Assembly (NCBI GenBank): GCA_020638695.1
Contig: JACKIB010000004.1
Coordinates: 136,631-200,630 of the forward strand
Reading direction: 5' to 3'
Origin: Planctomycetota bacterium
Lineage (GTDB): Bacteria; Planctomycetota; UBA1135; UBA2386
DNA: 64,000 nucleotides
Made by a program: the position numbers and the translations under genes. The notes under the pieces were generated by a model. The model was not told where the DNA came from, did no database searches, and was given only the letters and a program-made list of their open reading frames with translations. Below are positions 1 to 7,614 of the stretch, piece by piece. Positions within the stretch are counted from its first letter, which is position 1; the number at the start of each line of letters is the position of its first letter.

Positions 1-1236
1 TTCTCTCCGGCGATCACCCGCGAGATCTACGACGCGAAGATCGGTTGGCGGAAGCGCTTCTACAGTGGTGGGCTGTTCGACCTGAGCTTCTTCGGGCAGA
101 ACCTCGACCAGTCGACCTCGTTCAGCGGATTCCCCACGCGGTTGCGCAGCGAGGGGTTCCTGGCGACCTACACGCAGCCGCTGTGGCGCGCGGCGTGGTG
201 GGCGTACGGCGAGGCTGACGTGCGCAAGGCGCAGGCCTCGGCGGCGGCCAGCAAGCACACCGTCGCGCAGAGCGAGCAAGACACCCTGCTGGCGGTGACT
301 CGCGCCTACTGGGAGCTGGTGTTCGCCCGTGAGAACTACCGGGTGCAGTTCCAGAGCCTGGAGTTGGCCAACGAGCAGCTGCGCATCACTCGGGCGCGCA
401 TCGCCGTGAAGGACCTGGCGCCGCGCGATGCGGTGGCCGACGAGGCAGAGGTGGCGCGCTTCAACGAGGCGCTGATCACCGCCGAGAACGAGATCCGCCA
501 GCGCGAGGACGATCTACGGGCGCTGATCTTCAGCCAGCAGCAAGGCGACATATGGGGGGTGGTGCTGCGGCCGTCCAGCCCGATCCCGTCGACCCTCGAT
601 GCCGCCAAGCTCGATTGGCGCGAGGTCGCCGAGGTGGCGCTCGTTCAGCGCCCGGAGCTGGGCAACCTGCGTGCTGCGGTGGAAGCCGCCCGCCAGGATC
701 TGGTGGCCGCCGAGGGCGAGTTCAACCCGCAGCTGGACCTGGTCGGATCCTACAATTCCAGCACCGCCACGACCTCGACCTTCAGCAGCGCCTGGGACGA
801 CGTCCACAACCTGCGCTATCCGGACTGGAGCGTACGGTTGTTGTTCTCCTATCCGTTGGGCAACCGCGCTGCGCGGTCGCGCCGGGATCGGGCCCAGCTG
901 GGGCTGGAGGCGGCGAGCCGACGGGTGGTGGCGCGCGAGATCAAGGTGCGCACCGAGGTGCGCCAGGCGGTGCGCAACCTCAAGACGCTGACCGAGAGCA
1001 TCCGCGCCAGCCGCGAGTCCGTGCGGTTGGCCGAGAACGACCTCGATACCGCCCGCCACAAGCTGCGGGTCGGCAGCCTGACCTTCTTCGACGTGGCGCA
1101 GCGCAACCAGCAGCTGCAGCTGGCGCGCAGCCGGCAGCTGCGCAACCAGCTGGACTTCCGCATCGCCGAAGCGGTGCTGCTGCACGCCCAGGGGAAGCTG
1201 TTCCCGCCCGCCCCCGAGCCCGAGGCGCCCAAGTGA
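1..1236 (+). CDS. Outer-membrane efflux protein, TolC/OMF family (5' end outside window)
   Basis: Frame 1 is open from base 1 through the listed ORF 142..1236 (TGA 1234-1236). The product is Leu/Arg/Gln/Ala-rich, with two similar halves of long helical segments alternating with short Gly/Ser/Tyr strands (LVGSYNSSTATTS, DFRIAEAVLLHAQGKL), as in OMF proteins. Recognition only. Confidence 0.65.
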   Translation, partial: FSPAITREIYDAKIGWRKRFYSGGLFDLSFFGQNLDQSTSFSGFPTRLRSEGFLATYTQPLWRAAWWAYGEADVRKAQASAAASKHTVAQSEQDTLLAVTRAYWELVFARENYRVQFQSLELANEQLRITRARIAVKDLAPRDAVADEAEVARFNEALITAENEIRQREDDLRALIFSQQQGDIWGVVLRPSSPIPSTLDAAKLDWREVAEVALVQRPELGNLRAAVEAARQDLVAAEGEFNPQLDLVGSYNSSTATTSTFSSAWDDVHNLRYPDWSVRLLFSYPLGNRAARSRRDRAQLGLEAASRRVVAREIKVRTEVRQAVRNLKTLTESIRASRESVRLAENDLDTARHKLRVGSLTFFDVAQRNQQLQLARSRQLRNQLDFRIAEAVLLHAQGKLFPPAPEPEAPK

Positions 1237-1341
1237 CCGGGGGGTTGGGGTGATTCCGCTCCCGGGCGGTTCCCGTAGCCGCTGCCAGGGCGGGTTTGCG
1301 GATCGCCCGGTGACCCAGACGCCGCCTGCCGACTACACAGG

Positions 1342-3108
1342 ATGACCATGAGCGACCGGAAGCCCGCCCTCGATCTTCGTCGCCGTACCACCGCGGTCGT
1401 GCTGCTGACCCTGCTCGTCGCCTGCCGGGACCAGTCGTCGAAGCCCGACGGAGATACTGTCCCGGTCCAGGCTGCCGGCACGACGGGCGGCCCACAGGGC
1501 CGGACGGTGCTGCCGTCGGTAGCCACCGAGCTGGCCTACCCGGTGGGTGGTTGGCACACCGATTTCCCCTACTCGCTGCACGTCCCGCCGCACCGCCTGG
1601 GGGCCTGGTACGACCGAACCCCGCAGGAGGCGCTCGACAAGGTGGTGGCCAACGCATCCGGGGCCTGTACCACCGACGCTTGGCGGATGTCGAAGGAGTT
1701 CTTCGACCACCACTGGGAGGATGCCGAGCGGCTGTTGATCGAGAAGCTCGACGAGACGCAGCGGCGGCCGATGAGCTACGACCACGCCGAGAACCTGCTC
1801 GGCATCATGGGGCGCTGCAGCACGCCTCGGTTCGCCGCGGTGATCACCCGCGCGGTGTCGCACGAACACCCGGGGATCCGTCGGGCGGCGTTCCGCGCCC
1901 TGCGCAATGCCGGCGACGAGAAGTCCGTGCTGGCCGCCGGCAAGCTGTTCCCGCAGTTGAGTTTCGTCGAGCGGATCGACTGGCTCAAGGCGGCCATGGT
2001 GCACCTCGGTGACCAGAAGTTGTTCGAACTGCTGCGCGAGTTGCTCACCAAGCACGAGTTCGCCGACCTGCGGCCGCACGCGTTCGAGCTGGCCCTGAAG
2101 ATGCCCCCGGCGCGGGCCGTAAAGATGTTCGAACCCATCTGGTTGGGCTTCGCTCCCGACCTGCAGCTGCACGTCGCCGGCATCTTCCACGCCGCCGGGG
2201 ATGCGCGGGGCACGGTGCGTCTGCGGCACGCGCTCCGGCCGCCGATCGCCAACGAGAAGAAGAAGATGGTCGCGGTGCAGGGGGCCATGCGTGGCAACAC
2301 TGCCGAGCTGATCGACGAGCTGCTGGTGTTGAGCAACGAGGACAACCTGAAGATCAACCGGCTGATCGTCGAGGCGATCCGCAAGGTGCCCGGCCAGCGG
2401 GTGACCGACACCTTGACCGCGTTCGCCGCCGCGGCGCAGAACCCGGAGCTGCGCCAGCGGGCGCTGTTCGCGCTCGCCAGTCGCGGCGAGACCGCCGACC
2501 TCGATCCGCTGGTGGAGAAGGTCCGGCGCCAGGCGAGCGGTGGCATGCTCAAGGTGGCGATCACCGACCTGGTGTCGGCGCGCTACGGCAAGGCCGTGCC
2601 GGCGCTGCTCGAGCGCAGCAAGAACGCGCCGAAGGAGGAGGAGGTCTACTACATCCGGATGATCGCCTCGATCGGCACCGCCGAGTCGTTCACCGCCCTG
2701 CGCGAGGTGTTCCTGCGACCGGAGTACGTGCTCGCCGGCAAGGACCGCTACTCGAACGTCACCTTCCTCGGGATCCAATTCTCCAACCTCAAGGAGCAAG
2801 CCACCGAGATGGTCGGGTTGCTGCGCGAACTCCCGGCAGCCGACTACCGGCGCCGCAGCGCCATGATGCATGCGCTCGCCAACCTCGCCGGTGCCTACCG
2901 CGATGAGCCGCTCGCGCCGCCGGTCTACGGGGCGTTGCGCGAGATCCTGTTCGACCCGGCACAGGTGCCGCAGGTTCGCATGTTGGCGCTCGACTACCTG
3001 CGCAAGGATCTGCGCCTCAGCGACGCGATCAAGCTGAAGGGTCGCCTCCCCCAGGAGGAGAAGGGGTTGCGGCAGTACTTCAGCGACTACCTGACCGAGT
3101 TCCTGTAG
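1342..3108 (+). CDS. HEAT-repeat lipoprotein, function unknown
   Basis: 588-codon ORF. The N-terminus AVVLLTLLVAC looks like a lipoprotein signal with lipobox. The body consists of ~35-aa helical repeats (RRAAFRALRNAGDEKSV, RQRALFALASRGETADL, VRMLALDYLRKD) typical of HEAT repeats. The start could also be ATG 1348. Confidence 0.6.
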   Translation: MTMSDRKPALDLRRRTTAVVLLTLLVACRDQSSKPDGDTVPVQAAGTTGGPQGRTVLPSVATELAYPVGGWHTDFPYSLHVPPHRLGAWYDRTPQEALDKVVANASGACTTDAWRMSKEFFDHHWEDAERLLIEKLDETQRRPMSYDHAENLLGIMGRCSTPRFAAVITRAVSHEHPGIRRAAFRALRNAGDEKSVLAAGKLFPQLSFVERIDWLKAAMVHLGDQKLFELLRELLTKHEFADLRPHAFELALKMPPARAVKMFEPIWLGFAPDLQLHVAGIFHAAGDARGTVRLRHALRPPIANEKKKMVAVQGAMRGNTAELIDELLVLSNEDNLKINRLIVEAIRKVPGQRVTDTLTAFAAAAQNPELRQRALFALASRGETADLDPLVEKVRRQASGGMLKVAITDLVSARYGKAVPALLERSKNAPKEEEVYYIRMIASIGTAESFTALREVFLRPEYVLAGKDRYSNVTFLGIQFSNLKEQATEMVGLLRELPAADYRRRSAMMHALANLAGAYRDEPLAPPVYGALREILFDPAQVPQVRMLALDYLRKDLRLSDAIKLKGRLPQEEKGLRQYFSDYLTEFL

Positions 3109-3133
3109 CGGTGGGTCTCGGAACCCGCGGGCG

Positions 3134-3859
3134 CTACTTGCCCCGAGTCGGGGATCCGGAGGCCGGAGGTTCGCTGGACGGATCGACGTAGATCCAGCGC
3201 AACCCGTCCTGCCCGCGGTAGTCGTTGTTCTGGTAGACGGTCACCGACTCGTAGCGGCCGTCGCCGGGCATCGGATGGTCGCGCGTGCCGATGTAGCGGT
3301 TGCTGAGGTTGCGGGTGAATGCTGCGCGACCGTCGGTCGGGGCGAAGAACGCGGAGTGTCCGCCTTCGCCGAGGGTGCGCGGCCAGCCGTAGATCTCCAG
3401 CGCCGGGCGGGTGGGGGTCGTTGGTGGTTTTGGGCTGTCACTGCGCCGTGAGGTCGGCGGTCCGGGGCGCTGGATCTCGCCCTTGTCGGGTGGTGGTGTC
3501 TCGCACACGACGAACAGGTAGTGCTTGCCGACGAACGCGAGCGCGCGGTCGCCGAGCCGACTCGACAACTCGCAGCTGCGGATGTGGCGTCCACTGGTCG
3601 GATCGGGGTTGCCACCGTGGGCGTTGAGGTGAGCACGTAACGCGGTGCGCAGCGCCTCGTCCTTGCCGTCGACACTGCGCATGTCCAGGTCCCGCACCTT
3701 GTCGCGCAGCGCCAGAGTCGTGGCCAGGCCCTGGGTTTCGATGCGGAACACCCGGGTCGCGGTGCCATACGGCAACCAGAAGCCGAACCCGAGCCAGCCG
3801 ACGCCGGCCGCGACCAGCAGGTTGCCGAGGTTGAGCCGGGTCTTCCCGGAGCGCGCCAT
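3134..3859 (-). CDS. Hypothetical membrane-anchored protein
   Basis: 241-codon ORF with one N-terminal hydrophobic helix (LGNLLVAAGVGWLGFGFWL). No motif recognised. Its start codon overlaps the divergent cca start (CATG at 3857-3860). Confidence 0.5.
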   Translation of the reverse strand: MARSGKTRLNLGNLLVAAGVGWLGFGFWLPYGTATRVFRIETQGLATTLALRDKVRDLDMRSVDGKDEALRTALRAHLNAHGGNPDPTSGRHIRSCELSSRLGDRALAFVGKHYLFVVCETPPPDKGEIQRPGPPTSRRSDSPKPPTTPTRPALEIYGWPRTLGEGGHSAFFAPTDGRAAFTRNLSNRYIGTRDHPMPGDGRYESVTVYQNNDYRGQDGLRWIYVDPSSEPPASGSPTRGK

Positions 3860-5303
3860 GATTCGGCTTTTTAGCGTCCGCCCGGCGCCACGCCAATCGT
3901 CGAGTGCCCGCGCATCGGACCGACTGCAGTGCCGCAGGTGGTTTCCACCGCTGCTGCCAACCCGTAGCGTGCTGCCGTTGTCGATCCACCTGGAGATTCC
4001 CGCGTCGATTGCCGCGGAGCTTTCGCGGTTGCGCGCCGCCGGCGATCGGCCGTTGCTGGTCGGTGGCGCGGTACGCGATGCCCTGCTCGGTCTGTCGGTC
4101 CACGACTTCGACGTGGCCAGCCGGCTGCCGCCGGCCGAGTTGGCGTCGCTCTACCCGAGAGTCGATCCGCGGCTCGGCGCCGCGCAGGTGCCGCAACAGG
4201 GCTTGGAGCTGACCGTGACCAGCATGCGTCGCGACGGGGTCTACACCGACCAGCGGCGCCCCGATCGGGTCGAGTTCGTGACCACGCCGGAGGAAGACGC
4301 GGTGCGGCGCGACTTCACCATCAACGCGCTCTACTACGATCCGTTCGGTGGCGAGCTGGTGGACCCGTGCGGTGGTCACCGCGACCTGCGAGACCGCGTG
4401 CTTCGGGTGATCGGCGATCCGGAGCGTCGCCTGCACGAGGATCCGCTGCGGATGCTGCGCGCGGTGCGCTTTGCCGCCCGCTACGACCTCACGCCCGAGC
4501 CGTCGACCGCTGCGGCGCTGCGGCGCGGCGCGGATGCGTTGCACACGCTGTCCGCGGAACGCGTCCTGGCCGAACTGACCGCGAGCTTCACCGGTCGCGG
4601 TCGCGGTCGCGCGCTGCGGTTGCTGCTCGAGTTCGGCCTCGCCCCGGCGGTGCTGCCAGAGATCGTGTCGATGCCCGGGGTTGAGCAGCCCGCCGAGTTC
4701 CACCCCGAAGGCGACGTGTTCGTCCACGTCTGCCTGGTGCTCGACCACGTGCCCGAAGGCGACCCGGTGCTCTCGTGGGCGGCGGTGCTGCACGACACTG
4801 GCAAGCCGGCGACCTTCGAGCGCGCCGCGGATCGGATCCGCTTCAGCGGTCACGACACCGTGTCGGCGGAGATCGCCGACCAGGTGCTGCACCGGTTGCG
4901 TGCCCCGCGCGAGCTGCGCGAAACGGTGGTCGAAGTGGTGCGGGATCACATCCACATCGCGACGCTGTTCGACATGAAGCCGGCGCGTCGCGCCCGCTGG
5001 ATGCGTTCGCCGCGCTTTCCCGCGCACCTCGAGTTCCACAGGGCCGACTGCCTCGGTAGCCATGGCAAGCTCGACATCTACCAGCGCGCCCGCGGCGAGC
5101 TCGAATCGCTGCCGCCGGAGCCGCCCCCGCCGCTGTGCACCGGGCGGGACGTCCTGGCGCTCGGGGTGCCGGAAGGCCCGGCAGTAGGGGGGCTGTTGCG
5201 CCGCTTGCAGGCGGAACTCGATGCTGCCGGTGTCTCGGATCGAGACACCGCGCTGCGAATGCTCGGTCAGGTTGTCGAGGAATCCTTCAGGGGCTCCCGG
5301 TAG
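3858..5303 (+). CDS. cca: CCA-adding tRNA nucleotidyltransferase with HD domain
   Basis: Polymerase-beta-type head motif LLVGGAVRDALLG..DFDV, the RRDFTINALYYDP motif, and a C-terminal HD motif (HPEGDVFVHV .. VLHDTGKP). The listed ORF starts at 3645 but overlaps the minus-strand gene. ATG 3858 or GTG 3969 are the plausible starts. Confidence 0.8.
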   Translation: MIRLFSVRPAPRQSSSARASDRLQCRRWFPPLLPTRSVLPLSIHLEIPASIAAELSRLRAAGDRPLLVGGAVRDALLGLSVHDFDVASRLPPAELASLYPRVDPRLGAAQVPQQGLELTVTSMRRDGVYTDQRRPDRVEFVTTPEEDAVRRDFTINALYYDPFGGELVDPCGGHRDLRDRVLRVIGDPERRLHEDPLRMLRAVRFAARYDLTPEPSTAAALRRGADALHTLSAERVLAELTASFTGRGRGRALRLLLEFGLAPAVLPEIVSMPGVEQPAEFHPEGDVFVHVCLVLDHVPEGDPVLSWAAVLHDTGKPATFERAADRIRFSGHDTVSAEIADQVLHRLRAPRELRETVVEVVRDHIHIATLFDMKPARRARWMRSPRFPAHLEFHRADCLGSHGKLDIYQRARGELESLPPEPPPPLCTGRDVLALGVPEGPAVGGLLRRLQAELDAAGVSDRDTALRMLGQVVEESFRGSR

Positions 5304-5365
5304 CAGGTCGATAGGCAATCTGCTCGGGGGGTCACCTTCGTGCAGTACGGACCTTTGGCAAGCCT

Positions 5366-6454
5366 ATGGACTCGGACTTCGAAGCGTTTCGCCGCGAACG
5401 CAACTTGCGTCGACGGCAGTCAATTACCACCGAGCGGCCACTCGGCCACAACGAGGTCTGGGAGGCACTCGAGGCCAAGGAGGCGGATGACCTCCGCGAC
5501 CAGGTGATCGACGCGGAGGTGGACGACTTCTTCTGCGGCGCGACCAAGCTGGCCGCCAACCTGGTGAAGAAGGTCGCCGACAACCGCAAGCAGGAGATCT
5601 CGCAGAAGCTGCAGAGCGAGATGCAGGAATTCCTGTCCGAGTCGTTGCGCCACGCCAACAACTTGGTGCATTCGCTCGACAATGTGCACCCGAACCAGAC
5701 CGAGGCGACGGTCGAGCCGAGCCTGCGCAACCTCGACGGCCGCGAGATCGACAGCTTCCGCGCCGAGGGAACCGCGACGCTGGGCGACAAGCACCTCGGG
5801 CAGGGCCTGTTCACCGAGCCGGCGCCCGGCCCGGCGCCGGCCGGACGAGAGGCGCCGCCGTCGTTGGGTGCCGAGCAGGACGAGGACCCGATCAACGGTC
5901 AGCGGCTGAGTCTGCGCGCCGGCGAGCTCGAGCTCGCCTTCGCGCCGTCCGGCGATCTGCCGTTCGAAGCCGACCCGTTCTCGGTCGGCCTGCCGAACAG
6001 CGCCGCGATCCAGCGCCCCGGGGCCTCGGCGGTGCCGCCGACCCTCTCCGGGATCTACCGCGCTGCGGCGATGCCCGAGGACCACTTGCCGTTGGCGGCC
6101 TTGTACGGTGGGCACGGCGCCCCCGTGGCAGAGCCGCCGGCGAGCGACTCGTCGTTCGGCATTCCGGTCAGCAACGACAACATGCGGATCCGCGAGGACG
6201 CGAACCACGCCGATGCGTCGGGCTCGTCGTTCGGGATCCCGGCGCTGCGCAGTGGCGGCCCCCCGGTCGAGGAGCCGGCGGCGGTGGAAGAAGCGCCCGC
6301 GCCCGCGCCGGTGTCGAGCCTCGATGCGTCGCCGGAGGGCAGCACCAACCAGCGGATCCGTGACGCACTGCTGTTGCTGGTGAAGCAGGGCGTGATGACC
6401 AAGGACCAGGCGCGGGCAGCGTACTTGCAGCAGATGCAGCAGCCGCGGGGGTGA
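5366..6454 (+). CDS. Hypothetical acidic/Pro-rich protein
   Basis: 362-codon ORF starting at ATG. It has a helical acidic N-terminal third, a low-complexity Pro/Ala/Gly region with a repeated SSFGIP motif, and a conserved-looking C-terminal helix. No family recognised. Confidence 0.5.
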   Translation: MDSDFEAFRRERNLRRRQSITTERPLGHNEVWEALEAKEADDLRDQVIDAEVDDFFCGATKLAANLVKKVADNRKQEISQKLQSEMQEFLSESLRHANNLVHSLDNVHPNQTEATVEPSLRNLDGREIDSFRAEGTATLGDKHLGQGLFTEPAPGPAPAGREAPPSLGAEQDEDPINGQRLSLRAGELELAFAPSGDLPFEADPFSVGLPNSAAIQRPGASAVPPTLSGIYRAAAMPEDHLPLAALYGGHGAPVAEPPASDSSFGIPVSNDNMRIREDANHADASGSSFGIPALRSGGPPVEEPAAVEEAPAPAPVSSLDASPEGSTNQRIRDALLLLVKQGVMTKDQARAAYLQQMQQPRG

Positions 6455-6464
6455 CCCGCGCCGT

Positions 6465-6609
6465 GAGATCGTGCAGGGTTGTTGCTGGCGGGAAGAACGG
6501 CAGGTTCTGCCCGAGGCGGGGTGCTCCCGTCGAGGGGCAGTTTCTGACGTTCGACGAAGCCAGCAACGAACTCGCGCGATCGCAGCAGCTCGGTGGTGAA
6601 TAGTCTGGG
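6465..6609 (+). mobile_element. Truncated copy of short repeat element X (left end missing)
   Basis: About 145 bp alignable by eye to elements X1/X2 at 57338-57511 and 57680-57853 (GAGATCGTGCA.GGTTGTTGCTGGC...GTTCTGACGTTCGACGAAGCCAGCA...CGCAGCAGCTCGGT..TGAATAGTC). It lacks the left inverted repeat. Confidence 0.6.
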
Positions 6610-6613
6610 CGAG

Positions 6614-6771
6614 TGCCCCGCGTCCGGAGTTCGCAGCACAAGTGCCCGGCCATTCGATCCGCTCGCGGCGTCGCAGCTCCTCAGCTTGTCCACCAAGCCG
6701 TGTCGTCGCAGCTCCTTGCGCGCGAACCGCATGACTCGACGACTCATGCAACGAACTTCGGACACACCCCA
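6614..6771 (+). mobile_element. Short repeat element Y (full-length copy with imperfect terminal inverted repeats)
   Basis: The first ~125 bp are repeated at 35801-35925. The ends TGCCCCGCGTCCGGAGTTCG and CGAACTTCGGACACACCCCA are about 14/20 complementary. The right end abuts CTAG 6772-6775. Confidence 0.55.
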
Positions 6772-7554
6772 CTAGGTCAGCGCGATCCGCCGGGCAATCC
6801 ACCGCGCCAAAATCATCGCCGCAGCGATGCAGACGGCTTCGACGGGCCGGCCAGCGCCCAACGCGATCAAGCCGGTGAACACCATCGTGCCGAGCAGCAG
6901 CCAGGTCATCACGCCGCGGATCGTGCGCTGATCCCAAGCGGTGTGGCGGTGTCGCACCAGCAGCACCGCGGCGAGCCCGAGTCCGATCGCCGCCGGCCAG
7001 CCGACCGGCAGGACCAGCAGCGTGAGTCCGGTACTGAGCACCGCGGCCGAAACCAGGCCCAGCACCGCGCGTCGCGGTGGCCGCGGCACGTCCTCGAGGA
7101 TGCCGAGGAAGGTCACGCAGACGATGTACACCGCATAGCCGGCGGCGAGGATCAGCGCCGCCTCTTGGCGGCCGGGCTCGGTCACCGGACCCATCATCAG
7201 CGGCACCAGCAGATTCATCCCACGTAGGGTTCCCATGGTGAGGGCGCCCAGCGCAGGGCTGCGCTTGAGAAGATAGTCGTAGCCGAGTACCAGCAGGGCC
7301 ATCCCGCCGTGCCACAGCGGCACCGGGCTGAGGCCGGGCGCGGCGAGTAGGAACGCGAGCCCGAGCAGCAATGCGGTAGTCGGGGAGATGCTGCCGGACG
7401 GGATCGGCCGCTCCGGGCGCACCACCGCGTCGGTGGCTCGGTCGGCGTGGTCGTTGAGGATCATTCCCGCGGCGTACAGCAGCACGCTGGCGAGTACCGC
7501 GCGTGTGGCGGTCGCATCGAACGGGCGGGCGAGCAGGCACACGCCTGCGGTCAC
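6772..7554 (-). CDS. UbiA-family prenyltransferase (integral membrane)
   Basis: Asp-rich motif LNDHADRATD followed by PERPIPSG, plus multiple hydrophobic helices. The listed start is GTG 7554. The N-terminal helix seems to continue upstream to ~7600, where only CTG/ATC codons are available. Confidence 0.75.
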   Translation of the reverse strand: MTAGVCLLARPFDATATRAVLASVLLYAAGMILNDHADRATDAVVRPERPIPSGSISPTTALLLGLAFLLAAPGLSPVPLWHGGMALLVLGYDYLLKRSPALGALTMGTLRGMNLLVPLMMGPVTEPGRQEAALILAAGYAVYIVCVTFLGILEDVPRPPRRAVLGLVSAAVLSTGLTLLVLPVGWPAAIGLGLAAVLLVRHRHTAWDQRTIRGVMTWLLLGTMVFTGLIALGAGRPVEAVCIAAAMILARWIARRIALT

Positions 7555-7614
7555 ATCGGCGGCCGGCGACAGCAGGGTGCCCGCACGGACCAGGCGCAGG
7601 AAGGGGAGGATGGC

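Noticed and set aside
1333-5318. Minus-strand ORFs 1333..2871 (512 aa) and 3438..5318 (626 aa)
   Set aside because: They are antisense to the HEAT lipoprotein and cca genes, which carry clear motifs. Their composition is junk-like.
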